Made by a program: the position numbers and the translations under genes
Shown: positions 41,525 to 50,791 of the stretch, piece by piece
Numbering within the stretch: position 1 is the stretch's first letter
Layout: each line of letters starts with the position of its first letter
Assembly: GCA_005400705.1 (NCBI GenBank)
Contig: GCA_005400705.1_4079.1
Direction: 5' to 3' (one strand)
DNA from: Escherichia coli
Lineage (GTDB): Bacteria > Pseudomonadota > Gammaproteobacteria > Enterobacterales > Enterobacteriaceae
Length of the DNA: 64,000 bases
The notes under the pieces: generated by a model
What the model saw: only the letters and a program-made list of their open reading frames with translations
The model's database searches: none
Told to the model about the DNA's origin: nothing

Positions 41525-42187
41525 ATGTTAGTTAATCTTAATTTCATCACTTCACCTGACTGGGCATTACGTGGAGTTTCTTTAAACTTCAAGGAAACTA
41601 TGTTTGATTACATTGGTGAGTGTACATTGGTAAATGCAACTTTTGACCCAAATCATCCGTTCTGGGCTGAAATTCATGATCCAACTGTAAACAACAATAC
41701 ATCTGTTATGACTATTGTCCAGACTAAACATGCAGGTATCCTTGCAGGTTATCGACCTGGACATGCAATTGAACACTTCACTGATTACGATGTAGTGGAT
41801 GAATACCCAATGATCCATGAAGATGGAAGTCTATACACATCTGAGGACTTCCGTGCTATCTTTAATAGTACTGATGATATTCTACCAAGTGGACGTCCAC
41901 GTCCTGAGTCTTATCTTATGCATCCATCTTATGGTGTAGCAGATACGCTTGAACAGATTATGAATAAGTACAAGAACCTAATTGAAGGTCCAGAAGAAAT
42001 TGTCCTGTGCTATCACCCAGTACTGAAGTCTGAACAACCAAAGGATGGTGGATGGCGTTGGCATAAGAATGGTGAGTATATCGGTACTAAACGAAGTAAA
42101 GAACGTTTTGAGTACTTGTATGATGAGCCAGATGTTGATGTGGTTTTGTGTTATAATTTTATTAAGGTGAAAAAGAAATGTATCTAG
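41525..42187 (+). CDS. hypothetical protein
   Basis: ATG after GAGGA (track ORF begins at a TTG at 41507). Confidence 0.5.
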   Translation: MLVNLNFITSPDWALRGVSLNFKETMFDYIGECTLVNATFDPNHPFWAEIHDPTVNNNTSVMTIVQTKHAGILAGYRPGHAIEHFTDYDVVDEYPMIHEDGSLYTSEDFRAIFNSTDDILPSGRPRPESYLMHPSYGVADTLEQIMNKYKNLIEGPEEIVLCYHPVLKSEQPKDGGWRWHKNGEYIGTKRSKERFEYLYDEPDVDVVLCYNFIKVKKKCI

Positions 42188-42417
42188 TACTAAGTTTTGT
42201 TGTTGCACTATTGTTTATGTTTTATCCTACACTAGTAGCATTAGCCACTAAACGACCGATTGTAGATATCACTACTGTATTCTTGCTAAACGTGGCATTA
42301 GTACTGGTTTCTATTATCATTCCCGTGAGCTTTACTGTTATTGATATTGTGTCGGTATTACTCTTCGTAATCAGTTATCTTATGCTTATTGAAGAAAAAC
42401 CAGTTGACAACCATTAG
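42178..42417 (+). CDS. small membrane protein (hypothetical)
   Basis: Two TM segments. Confidence 0.45.
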   Translation: MYLVLSFVVALLFMFYPTLVALATKRPIVDITTVFLLNVALVLVSIIIPVSFTVIDIVSVLLFVISYLMLIEEKPVDNH

Positions 42418-42431
42418 TAGTACTGTATAAT
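42404..42431 (+). promoter_or_regulatory. sigma70-like promoter with extended -10
   Basis: TTGACA-ACCATTAGTAGTACTG-TATAAT. Confidence 0.55.
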
Positions 42432-42477
42432 GGTTCCTGTAGTCTGAAACTTAACACTTAAACTTGAGGTAAAAAAT

Positions 42478-42804
42478 ATGCTATCAGTACTAATTTCAAT
42501 TCCGTCTTTAATTCTGATTTGGCTTCTGGTTTACGAATGCTTTATTACTGATGATAATGATAAAAAAGAGTTCTCTGAGTTGTTTATGCTTGATTCACCG
42601 ATTGTGCGTATTTTCTATACAGTCGTTGTGGTTTCAGTAATTGTATGGGTTTTGAGTTTTATCTTCCCACTCGGTGCAGTAGTTAAAACTTTGGATTTAG
42701 TTGAGAACTTTGTTGCAATTATGTGGCTAATCAAAGCACTATTTGCAGGAAATGTTAAAATTTGGATTGATATTATCAAATTCAAGTTCACGAATAAGAT
42801 GTAA
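42478..42804 (+). CDS. small membrane protein (hypothetical)
   Basis: SD GAGG; multiple hydrophobic segments. Confidence 0.5.
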   Translation: MLSVLISIPSLILIWLLVYECFITDDNDKKEFSELFMLDSPIVRIFYTVVVVSVIVWVLSFIFPLGAVVKTLDLVENFVAIMWLIKALFAGNVKIWIDIIKFKFTNKM

Positions 42805-42882
42805 CAGTCAAAATACCTCTATAGTATTAAATACTTCTGTACATATATATAGTACAGAAGTATTTCTCGTTAGAGGTTTGTT

Positions 42883-43242
42883 ATGAAAAGTTATATAAAA
42901 TTAATAGCACTTGTGTGTGCATTATTTTCATGTTTTAGTTATGGTGCAGCAGCAGAAACATATTGTCGTAGTACTAAGGGAACGTGGCATGTATTGACTA
43001 ACGACCCTAGAAATGGTAAAAATATAGTTGTTGATGGCGTGATTTATCGTTTTAAAGTAGAAAGTATTATTGGTAATAAAAAAATCTCGACTTATAGAGA
43101 TGATTCTGGTACATTAGCAAACGTAATATTAATTGTAGACCCAAGAACTGGTAATGGTGATATCTATATAGTAATTTACTTGGACTCATCGGTACGCCGT
43201 GACCTAGATATAGATAAATTGAACTTACACTGTGAAATATAG
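42883..43242 (+). CDS. secreted small protein (signal peptide)
   Basis: MKSYIKLIALVCALFSCFSYGAAA; Cys near both ends of the mature part; paralog of 43634-43984. Confidence 0.5.
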   Translation: MKSYIKLIALVCALFSCFSYGAAAETYCRSTKGTWHVLTNDPRNGKNIVVDGVIYRFKVESIIGNKKISTYRDDSGTLANVILIVDPRTGNGDIYIVIYLDSSVRRDLDIDKLNLHCEI

Positions 43243-43253
43243 GACTTAAAAAA

Positions 43254-43631
43254 ATGGTAAACACTATTTTACTTTTGTTGTTGAATATTCCAATTATTCT
43301 GTCTTTTTTAATTTCTATTTTTATGGCAGGATATTGTTTAGTTGCAGTAATTCATTTTATTTTAACAAACAAATATGTCCTAATTTCTAAGCTTGATTCT
43401 ATTTTTGCTTGCGATTCAATGGCTTATAACTTATGGTTAATTTGTTCTTGCATTATGGGAGTAACTTTCCTTCTGCATGTATTTGATGTCCTTGACCAAA
43501 AGTTCGTATACATCAGTACTGGATTGGCTCTTTATCCTGCTACGTGGTACTTGATTTACGTTGGTGATATATGGTATAGTACTTATAAAGAATATCAGTA
43601 CAAGAAATCACTTAACGTTGGAGGAAAATAA
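43254..43631 (+). CDS. multi-TM membrane protein (hypothetical)
   Basis: Hydrophobic throughout. Confidence 0.5.
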   Translation: MVNTILLLLLNIPIILSFLISIFMAGYCLVAVIHFILTNKYVLISKLDSIFACDSMAYNLWLICSCIMGVTFLLHVFDVLDQKFVYISTGLALYPATWYLIYVGDIWYSTYKEYQYKKSLNVGGK

Positions 43632-43633
43632 TC

Positions 43634-43984
43634 ATGAAAATTATTTTATTTTTTGTATGTATGTTAATGTGTGGATTGTCATATGCTGAACCATTGGAAG
43701 GTTTAGTTTGTACAGATGGTAATATTAAACATATCTATCAAGGTGATAGTGACGATCGAGATATTGTATATATTGATGGACAATCATATACGTTTGTTAA
43801 AGTGCATACAGTAGGCGACATTAGCTTCACTGAGTTTTCTAACGACACAGACCCTAACTTCTTAGCGTTTATTGAAGTAGATGTATATGAAGATAGTAAT
43901 GGTACACAATATGCTAAATTAGTTATGATGCGTCGTGGTGCTAAAGAAACTAGTTTTGGTGGCTTGTGTAAATATAAGGATTGA
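43634..43984 (+). CDS. secreted small protein (signal peptide)
   Basis: SD GGAGGAAA; MKIILFFVCMLMCGLSYAEP; similar architecture to 42883-43242. Confidence 0.5.
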   Translation: MKIILFFVCMLMCGLSYAEPLEGLVCTDGNIKHIYQGDSDDRDIVYIDGQSYTFVKVHTVGDISFTEFSNDTDPNFLAFIEVDVYEDSNGTQYAKLVMMRRGAKETSFGGLCKYKD

Positions 43985-43988
43985 TATT

Positions 43989-44180
43989 ATGTTGATTTAT
44001 CAAAGTGAAAATATTCGTGTTATGCAGCATCCCTACTTACAAATCTTTGATGTGCAGCAGTATATGGAAGGTGATGACCCAAGAACCTATGGTCGTAAGT
44101 ATGATTACTTCACTGTAAAGCAGTGTAAAAATATTAACGAAGTACGACAATTAGTTCAAGAACTTCAAAACAAAGGTTGA
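43989..44180 (+). CDS. hypothetical protein
   Basis: ATG after AAGGA (track ORF 43935-44180). Confidence 0.45.
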   Translation: MLIYQSENIRVMQHPYLQIFDVQQYMEGDDPRTYGRKYDYFTVKQCKNINEVRQLVQELQNKG

Positions 44181-44198
44181 CTTCGGTCAGCCTTTTTT
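44175..44198 (+). terminator. terminator hairpin GGTTGAC-TTCG-GTCAGCC (repeat family) overlapping a -35 box
   Basis: 7 bp stem with UUCG loop and T6 run; TTGACT inside the stem is 18 nt upstream of TATAAT. Confidence 0.6.
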
Positions 44199-44234
44199 GT
44201 TATAATTCTCTTAATAAATTAGAGGATTTTAATT

Positions 44235-44675
44235 ATGTATGTATATCGTTTTGAACTTAAATTTAGTTACATTGAACCTAACTTAGATCCTGCACGAACT
44301 GTAGGTCCGTTTGCACGGTATTCAACCAGATACAGTACTAAAAATGGATTTGACCGTTTGCTCATGACTACACCTTCTCAATTCCAACCTGAACCAACTG
44401 AGGATGGGATCTATTCAATCAAAAGTGGATGGGTATTTGGCTGTCAAAGTTTGAAAGATTTGTTCAGATTCTTCACTATGGACTTAGGTAAATTGCATCG
44501 TGCTGGGTTTGCTATATCTGTATATGAAGTTCCAGACCACCATGTAGACATTGGTCGTAATCAGGTTCAGTACTATTGCGGTAGTGCTAAATTAGTTCGT
44601 ATCATGTCAGTTAAGGAAGCAAAGGATGAGTTCCGACAAAGTAAAAGAGAAACAAATGAGGTAATATATGGATAA
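44235..44675 (+). CDS. hypothetical protein
   Basis: SD GAGGA. Confidence 0.5.
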   Translation: MYVYRFELKFSYIEPNLDPARTVGPFARYSTRYSTKNGFDRLLMTTPSQFQPEPTEDGIYSIKSGWVFGCQSLKDLFRFFTMDLGKLHRAGFAISVYEVPDHHVDIGRNQVQYYCGSAKLVRIMSVKEAKDEFRQSKRETNEVIYG

Positions 44676-45012
44676 AACTCAAATAGAATTAAAGAAATTT
44701 GTTTCATTCTATCTTCCTGATGACCCACGTAATTCACAAAAAGATATTGAATATTATAATATCCTATCTAAACAGTTAATGAGAAAGTTTCAACAGTGTT
44801 TAACAATATTCAATACAGATGGAAGACGTAGATACCGAATCGTTTCAATGAATGATGAAAACGCAAATTTCTTTGATTACGATGTAGTCTTTAGGGCATA
44901 TAATGATGATCGTATAAAATTAAATTATGATCAAATTATACTTGACCTGAATGTTATATGTGTTATAATTACTCACATAGCCGAACTTAATGGTTTTAAA
45001 GAATGGTATTGA
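44668..45012 (+). CDS. hypothetical protein
   Basis: SD GAGG. Confidence 0.5.
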   Translation: MDKTQIELKKFVSFYLPDDPRNSQKDIEYYNILSKQLMRKFQQCLTIFNTDGRRRYRIVSMNDENANFFDYDVVFRAYNDDRIKLNYDQIILDLNVICVIITHIAELNGFKEWY

Positions 45013-45026
45013 ATATAGGATAACAT

Positions 45027-45293
45027 ATGAAGCTTAAATTACAATATAATGGATTTACTTTACGTAATGATACTGAATTTATTAATCGTTCTCCTGGTGC
45101 TGAACTGTTTTTACGAGAGATGAACATTCCTTTCATCATTACTACAGTGGGCGACCGTGAAGTTCTACAATACGCAGAGCATCCGATCATTGATGTTCCT
45201 TGGTACTCTGAGCATATGTACATGGATATGGCACGTCGCTACAACTGTAAGTTCGTAGTTGAAGGTGATAAAATTACAGTCGAATTTAAATAA
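45027..45293 (+). CDS. hypothetical protein
   Basis: SD GGA. Confidence 0.45.
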   Translation: MKLKLQYNGFTLRNDTEFINRSPGAELFLREMNIPFIITTVGDREVLQYAEHPIIDVPWYSEHMYMDMARRYNCKFVVEGDKITVEFK

Positions 45294-45304
45294 GGTAAAT
45301 TAAA

Positions 45305-45598
45305 ATGATCAGTACTTCAGTTAATGAAAGCATCGTCGCTGACGTAGAAATGGTTAAAGAATGTGCAGATGAAACTCTTCGTGATATGTACATTAATGAT
45401 TTAATTACTGAATACGGTAGTCGTGGTGTACACGAATTTATTCGTTTAAGTGGAGAGTTGATGAAAAATCGAATTCGTATGAAGCTTAACGTACATCCAA
45501 AAGCATGGGCATTTACATTAAAATACGCAGAAGATATTGTGAATTTGCGTCGAACTGAAGTATATGAACGTTTGCACAATGGTATGTTAGATAAATGA
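45305..45598 (+). CDS. hypothetical protein
   Basis: SD AAGG. Confidence 0.5.
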   Translation: MISTSVNESIVADVEMVKECADETLRDMYINDLITEYGSRGVHEFIRLSGELMKNRIRMKLNVHPKAWAFTLKYAEDIVNLRRTEVYERLHNGMLDK

Positions 45599-45607
45599 TT
45601 GTAAAAT

Positions 45608-45634
45608 AGGAATTCTTAAATGAATTCCTTTTTG
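45608..45634 (+). terminator. intrinsic terminator
   Basis: AGGAATTC-TTAAAT-GAATTCCT hairpin followed by a T run. Confidence 0.6.
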
Positions 45635-45650
45635 TTTATAAGGTATAGTA

Positions 45651-45872
45651 ATGAAATATATAGTACTTGTACTGATATTATTCAGTACTGTTGTAAGTGC
45701 TAAACAAAAAGAATATGTTAAATGTATAAATTATGAAGAGAAATATGTTGAAACATATAAAAAAAGTATAATTAAAAACGTTTCGATTACTAACAGAGCA
45801 ACAATCATTGTACTTAAAAATGGGTTAATTATGCTATATAAACCACACGTTAAATGTGAAATTATTAATTGA
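45651..45872 (+). CDS. secreted small protein (signal peptide)
   Basis: MKYIVLVLILFSTVVSA. Confidence 0.5.
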   Translation: MKYIVLVLILFSTVVSAKQKEYVKCINYEEKYVETYKKSIIKNVSITNRATIIVLKNGLIMLYKPHVKCEIIN

Positions 45873-45879
45873 GGAAATT

Positions 45880-46452
45880 ATGAATCGTAAAGGTCGTTTT
45901 AAAGTATCAAAAAAGAACAAAAGTTCTAGGTTTAAACCTATTGTTTTAACAGTTAAATCTAACAAAGAATTAACTGCACTTAGTAAAAAGATAATTTCAT
46001 CTAAGATTGAAGTATCATACGTAAATTCATTAAAATATATGAATGTCAAACCACTGGACCAACTCATTTCACTTATATTTGAACGTAATGATTTTGAGAT
46101 ATCAGTAGATGATTATAGAGCCTATAATGCTGGTTTCATTAATGTTACTTGTAATAAAAAACTAACTGAGTTGGAAAATTTGTCATGTATAATAAATCTA
46201 GATAAAGGTGTAGTGAAGTACCATTTTGTACATTTCACTAATATCAATAATGGAATGGGTGTACAATCCAGACCTATAGTGCCTACGTGTGATGTTACTA
46301 AATTAGCAAAGCTCAATGATGAAGAATATTTTCAAGAAAGCATTGTAACTGAGCATTTAGATGATATAATAGCTACTTACAAAGAATGCATATGGGTGTT
46401 GAATGCTATAAAACCTAAATTGTGTTTAATGAATATTGTTCGTGATTTATGA
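45880..46452 (+). CDS. hypothetical protein, EExFFQxS-motif paralog family
   Basis: ATG after GAGGAAA (track ORF 45856-46452); motif NDEEYFQESIVTEHL. Confidence 0.55.
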   Translation: MNRKGRFKVSKKNKSSRFKPIVLTVKSNKELTALSKKIISSKIEVSYVNSLKYMNVKPLDQLISLIFERNDFEISVDDYRAYNAGFINVTCNKKLTELENLSCIINLDKGVVKYHFVHFTNINNGMGVQSRPIVPTCDVTKLAKLNDEEYFQESIVTEHLDDIIATYKECIWVLNAIKPKLCLMNIVRDL

Positions 46453-46465
46453 ATGGGGAATCGTA

Positions 46466-46909
46466 ATGAGTTGGGTAAATGTTAATAGTATTGAACTTAA
46501 CGAACAAGATATTTTTGCATTTGTAAATTTAACTAATAACACAGTACTAAAAGGGCGTTTGTTCAGTGCGAGTGATGGATATAAATGGATCTCTTTGATG
46601 GATGATAGTGGTGTGATTTATAATGTAATGCAATTACCCCAATGGGTATATAGTAACACTGCCGACGATGTTCTTGCCGCAGTTATGCGTGAGTTTGAAA
46701 AACTCCCAGGTGGTGATATCAAAAACAAAGTTTTTAATGCAGAACGGAAAAATTATACAGCACAGCAGTTGGAATCCCTTGCCATTGCTGCTTATCAAGC
46801 TGCTATTAAGAAGCCAGAGTGCGTTATTCTTAAGTATGTACCAGACTTAAAACTTACGTTGGAAGACATGGATGCATTCATTTTTACATCTGAACTTGAT
46901 CAGTACTAA
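46466..46909 (+). CDS. hypothetical protein
   Basis: Internal ATG of track ORF 46436-46909. Confidence 0.45.
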   Translation: MSWVNVNSIELNEQDIFAFVNLTNNTVLKGRLFSASDGYKWISLMDDSGVIYNVMQLPQWVYSNTADDVLAAVMREFEKLPGGDIKNKVFNAERKNYTAQQLESLAIAAYQAAIKKPECVILKYVPDLKLTLEDMDAFIFTSELDQY

Positions 46910-47024
46910 TTTAACTTTGGGACAACCATTCTTATTATGATATAATGTTTTATGTCATTCGATATAAATGACAACGGAACTATAAATATTATAGTAAAAT
47001 TTATCTCTTATAGGAGTTATAAAA

Positions 47025-47408
47025 ATGGTTGATAAATGGAATAAGAAAGATCCATCACATGATGTTGATATTTCTGGTCTAGACAATGCACATAAGCACA
47101 AGTATCTAGATTCACTAGGTCTTCTAAAACCGGACCAAAGTCTTGCACATGATCGTCCATCCCGTGAAAAAGCATTTAGCCTAGAATCACTAGGTCATGA
47201 GCTTAATCGTGTGTTTGAGGATCACCCAATCTATGTACGTGATATTATCGAGAAACTTAAAGTAACTCCTAAAGAGCACTTTAAAGCAACAGTACACTCT
47301 GCATTCCGTGCATTGCATGATTCTCTCAAGAAAACTCACAATCTTCGTAAAATTCATGATGAAATCGTGAATGCAATCGAAAGTGAAAAACATAAGTTCA
47401 AGAAGTAA
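47025..47408 (+). CDS. hypothetical protein (shares YLDSLGLL motif with 47655 gene)
   Basis: SD AGGAG; KYLDSLGLLKPDQ. Confidence 0.5.
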   Translation: MVDKWNKKDPSHDVDISGLDNAHKHKYLDSLGLLKPDQSLAHDRPSREKAFSLESLGHELNRVFEDHPIYVRDIIEKLKVTPKEHFKATVHSAFRALHDSLKKTHNLRKIHDEIVNAIESEKHKFKK

Positions 47409-47415
47409 TAAAAAG

Positions 47416-47440
47416 GGGTTGACTAAGGTCAGCCCTTTGT
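47416..47440 (+). terminator. terminator hairpin (GGTTGAC repeat family variant)
   Basis: GGGTTGAC-TAAG-GTCAGCCC followed by TTTGTTG. Confidence 0.5.
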
Positions 47441-47477
47441 TGTATCATAACTTCTCAATATAACTGAGGTATCATAT

Positions 47478-47591
47478 ATGCAAGGTTTGAAATTTGTAGT
47501 TGCTGCACTCATCGCCGCAGTACTGGTTGGTGGTGTATTCTATGTAGTGGATCAAAAAGTAAATCCACCTGCACAAGAACAATCTAAGTAA
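47478..47591 (+). CDS. small membrane peptide (37 aa)
   Basis: MQGLKFVVAALIAAVLVGGVFYVV... between two terminator hairpins. Confidence 0.35.
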   Translation: MQGLKFVVAALIAAVLVGGVFYVVDQKVNPPAQEQSK

Positions 47592-47599
47592 CAAAATAA

Positions 47600-47624
47600 G
47601 GTTGACTTCGGTCAGCCTTTTCTT
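47600..47624 (+). terminator. terminator hairpin GGTTGAC-TTCG-GTCAGCC (repeat family)
   Basis: Identical stem-loop to 44175, followed by TTTTCTTT. Confidence 0.6.
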
Positions 47625-47654
47625 TATACTATAAATATAGTCATAGAGAAAAAA

Positions 47655-48932
47655 ATGAAATCTATGGAGAGAAATCAAATGCCAAGTAATTTTACTGATA
47701 AAAATGGTGGTAACATGGCTGGTCACTCTGATAAATGGAGTGAACGCAACCGCCGTCCAAATAGTTATCAAGCAGGTCAAGGTTCACGTGGGTCACGTAA
47801 TCAAGGAACTGGTCTAGCTGGTAAAGCAAACGCAGAAGCAGGTGAAGTTAAGAGTACTGAGAACATGACTGAGCTAGAAAAGCTACGTTATGTTAATTCA
47901 TTGGGACTTCTTAATGCTACACAAAAACAACGTCTAGCTGATATGGAACGTGAAGAAAAAGAAAAATCTGCTCCTGCTAAAGAAGAACCAAAACAAGAAG
48001 CACCAAAGGCGGTTAACCCTGTCAAAGAACTGTCTGATAAGTTAGGTAAGATTTTTGCTAATAAACCACAACTTATCCAAGGTATTGTGAAAGAATTGCA
48101 ATCTGTACCTAAAGAAGAATTAAAAGTCAAAGCACAAGCTGTACTTGATGCAATGAGTGGAAATACCAGTACTGAACCAACTGAAGTATTCAGTACTATA
48201 ATGCGTGCACTTGAAGGTACGCAACAAGGTGATGTGCCTGCACAAGAGGAAGTAAGTCTTGAAAGCGTACTTAAAACATTTGATAGTATTGGTAAAGAAG
48301 ACCGTGCTAATGCTCAACAAGTTAAGAATGTACTAGCTAAGTTAGAAAACCGTCTGGAAGGTAAAGACGATAAGATTAAATTAGTATCTGATGCAGTTAA
48401 CGATGCACTTAAATCTTACGTACAAGGTGAAAAGAGTCGTTTTGTAACTGCAATGGATGCTGCATTCAATACTATGAAAAAGTATGAAGCTGATCACGGT
48501 GAGAAGGTTACACGAGATGGTTATCTGATGCGTGATGATGAAGAAGGTGCAGTAGAACAGAACGATGTTCATTCAGACGAAGAAATTGATGACATGGAAG
48601 CTGAACTGTCACAAGACCGCCAAATGACTGAAAAATCCCATAACGAACTACAGAAATTAATGCAATGGGTTGCAGATGTTGGTGAAAAAGCTGGTGCTGA
48701 TAAGAAGAGTATAAACCGAAATCTTAGTTGGATTAAAGATAAAGTTGGTAACAACGCTCGTAAACTACAAAAAGCGTGGACTGATGTAGTGAATGGTGCT
48801 GTTGACATTGATGTTGAATCCGGTGAGGCATATGATTATGCATTGACTACACTTGATGACTCTTTCCGTGATTACGAAAATGGAAATGTAACTCCTTGGG
48901 AAAAGGACATCATGAGCAAATACGGTAAATGA
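47655..48932 (+). CDS. large hydrophilic protein (425 aa), hypothetical
   Basis: Gly/Ser/Asn-rich N-terminus, charged helical remainder; contains YVNSLGLLNATQ; exact start among three nearby ATGs uncertain. Confidence 0.55.
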   Translation: MKSMERNQMPSNFTDKNGGNMAGHSDKWSERNRRPNSYQAGQGSRGSRNQGTGLAGKANAEAGEVKSTENMTELEKLRYVNSLGLLNATQKQRLADMEREEKEKSAPAKEEPKQEAPKAVNPVKELSDKLGKIFANKPQLIQGIVKELQSVPKEELKVKAQAVLDAMSGNTSTEPTEVFSTIMRALEGTQQGDVPAQEEVSLESVLKTFDSIGKEDRANAQQVKNVLAKLENRLEGKDDKIKLVSDAVNDALKSYVQGEKSRFVTAMDAAFNTMKKYEADHGEKVTRDGYLMRDDEEGAVEQNDVHSDEEIDDMEAELSQDRQMTEKSHNELQKLMQWVADVGEKAGADKKSINRNLSWIKDKVGNNARKLQKAWTDVVNGAVDIDVESGEAYDYALTTLDDSFRDYENGNVTPWEKDIMSKYGK

Positions 48933-48942
48933 TAAAACAAAA

Positions 48943-48967
48943 GGTTGACTTCGGTCAGCCTTTTTTT
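48943..48967 (+). terminator. terminator hairpin GGTTGAC-TTCG-GTCAGCC (repeat family)
   Basis: Stem-loop followed by a T7 run. Confidence 0.6.
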
Positions 48968-49003
48968 GTAAATACAAAAGAGGAATTAAGAAGAGGGATT
49001 ACA

Positions 49004-49255
49004 ATGAAAAAATATATTATATTTGGAATTGTATTATTTTCCAGTACTACTTATGGTGCAGATTATCATTGCTCCGTAGCAAGGCAGGATTTCAGAAATG
49101 GGGAGTTCTATACTACCTCATACACAAAAGGAATAATACACGACACCGACAGAACTATTGGATTTAATGCGTTTGACAACAAAGATTCATATACTTCAGG
49201 TATACTATCTGAGCGTAAGACGGATGTACTCGGAATAGAAAAAGAGTTTCGGTGA
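49004..49255 (+). CDS. secreted small protein (signal peptide)
   Basis: ATG after AGAGGG (track ORF 48929-49255); MKKYIIFGIVLFSSTTYGA. Confidence 0.5.
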   Translation: MKKYIIFGIVLFSSTTYGADYHCSVARQDFRNGEFYTTSYTKGIIHDTDRTIGFNAFDNKDSYTSGILSERKTDVLGIEKEFR

Positions 49256-49259
49256 TTCC

Positions 49260-49589
49260 GTGGCAATGTGTAATGACATTGAAAGTACTAAAAAAATTTA
49301 TTATAATAATGAAATAAATTATCGTTTTCATAATTTAACCACAAATAAAAGTTTACTATTTTACAATTGTAAAGAAGTAAAACTCCCACCAGACAATAGC
49401 TGTACTCCAACTAATCAACCCCCAGCACAATGTAATACTCCCTCTGAACCTGATAAAAATAAAAAAGACAAAGATAAAGATAAAAAAGAAGACAAAAAAC
49501 CTTTAAAAGATAAAAAGAAAGATAAAAAACCTAATCCGTTTAAAAATAATAAACCAGCACAACCCGATATGACGTGTAAAATAAAATAA
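49260..49589 (+). CDS. hypothetical protein with K/D-rich low-complexity tail
   Basis: GTG start; Cys-containing N-part then KDKDKDKKEDKKPLKDKKKDKK. Confidence 0.4.
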   Translation: MAMCNDIESTKKIYYNNEINYRFHNLTTNKSLLFYNCKEVKLPPDNSCTPTNQPPAQCNTPSEPDKNKKDKDKDKKEDKKPLKDKKKDKKPNPFKNNKPAQPDMTCKIK

Positions 49590-49598
49590 GGATATAAA

Positions 49599-50018
49599 AT
49601 GAAAAAGATTTTTTTAAGTATTATTTTAGTACTTTTTAGTTTTAATGTATATGCAGCAGATGCTAAACAGGTTGCTAATACAGTAAAAGATGTTATAGTA
49701 GACAATGCTCCTACCTTAGAGGAAATTGGGGTAAAAACTTGTGATATTGTAATATATAATTTAGTTAATGATGAACGAGTTATGTTGAATACGTATGAAC
49801 AAGTAGTCCCATTGGTTGAATCTGGTGCTGCTTTTAGCTTTACATATAAAGTTAAATTAACAGGAGGGGTTGAAGTTAATCTTGACATTGATACCGCTTC
49901 AGTACTAAAAGATAAACTAGGATATGTGTTCAATCGTATTCGTGAAGAAGGTCATCTTAAGTATGTTTATGAAAGTAAAATACTAAAACGTGCAATAGTT
50001 ATAGAAAACTGTAAATGA
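49599..50018 (+). CDS. secreted protein (signal peptide)
   Basis: SD AAGGA; MKKIFLSIILVLFSFNVYA. Confidence 0.55.
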   Translation: MKKIFLSIILVLFSFNVYAADAKQVANTVKDVIVDNAPTLEEIGVKTCDIVIYNLVNDERVMLNTYEQVVPLVESGAAFSFTYKVKLTGGVEVNLDIDTASVLKDKLGYVFNRIREEGHLKYVYESKILKRAIVIENCK

Positions 50019-50027
50019 TAATAAAAG

Positions 50028-50051
50028 GGTTGACTTCGGTCAGCCTTTTTT
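50028..50051 (+). terminator. terminator hairpin GGTTGAC-TTCG-GTCAGCC (repeat family)
   Basis: Stem-loop followed by a T6 run, then -10-like TATGAT. Confidence 0.6.
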
Positions 50052-50087
50052 GTTATGATGTTGATATTAACTACAGAGGATAAAGTA

Positions 50088-50729
50088 ATGACTAAGCAAG
50101 AAATATTCAAAACTTTAATTGACATTTTGCGTCCATCAAAAACTCGTTGTGCGATGGAGTTTGATATTCCTTATGCTGAACGCGTAATCTTTCCACAAGT
50201 TAAAGCTGCTGGACTTACTTTGCTTGGAATGGGGATGTACTCTGTAGTAGTTGAACATAAAAACTATCCTGGGCGTGCATTTAAAGTAACCACTTCACGC
50301 TGGGATGGTTTTCGTGCTTATGCAATGTACTGCATTGAAAACGCAGGAACCAAGTTTCTTCCAGTGATCTACAGTGCAAACGAACAAGGAAACTTTGGAT
50401 GGTATGAGATGGACAAGTACTATCCTATAATTAAACAAAAAAATAATTATGATGACTTTGTTAGTACTAAAATTGGAGATTTATATTCTTATGCACATGC
50501 TGGTCAGTATGCTACTTCAGTGAATGATATGCGTGGAAATTCTGAAGAGATTGCTATTGCGACGGTCGCTGCTAACATCATGAAAGAGTTTCACGGGTGT
50601 TTTGTACCAGACATTCATTCCAGTAATGTCATGATGGATAAAGATGGCAATGTATTCATTACTGATCCTCTTTCGTGTGATGTACGTAGAGAAATACCAG
50701 TTACTGAAGAAGATCCAGTTTTTTATTGA
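50088..50729 (+). CDS. protein-kinase-like (phosphotransferase fold) protein
   Basis: ATG after AGAGGA (track ORF 50055-50729); catalytic-loop-like FVPDIHSSNVMMDKDGNVFITDP compares with aminoglycoside-phosphotransferase HGDLxxxNxx...DGxxxxIDL. Confidence 0.45.
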   Translation: MTKQEIFKTLIDILRPSKTRCAMEFDIPYAERVIFPQVKAAGLTLLGMGMYSVVVEHKNYPGRAFKVTTSRWDGFRAYAMYCIENAGTKFLPVIYSANEQGNFGWYEMDKYYPIIKQKNNYDDFVSTKIGDLYSYAHAGQYATSVNDMRGNSEEIAIATVAANIMKEFHGCFVPDIHSSNVMMDKDGNVFITDPLSCDVRREIPVTEEDPVFY

Positions 50730-50791
50730 CAGAACTGATGTAATGAGGTATTCTTAATAAACCATTAAAAAGTGCGGTAAAGGATAAAATC

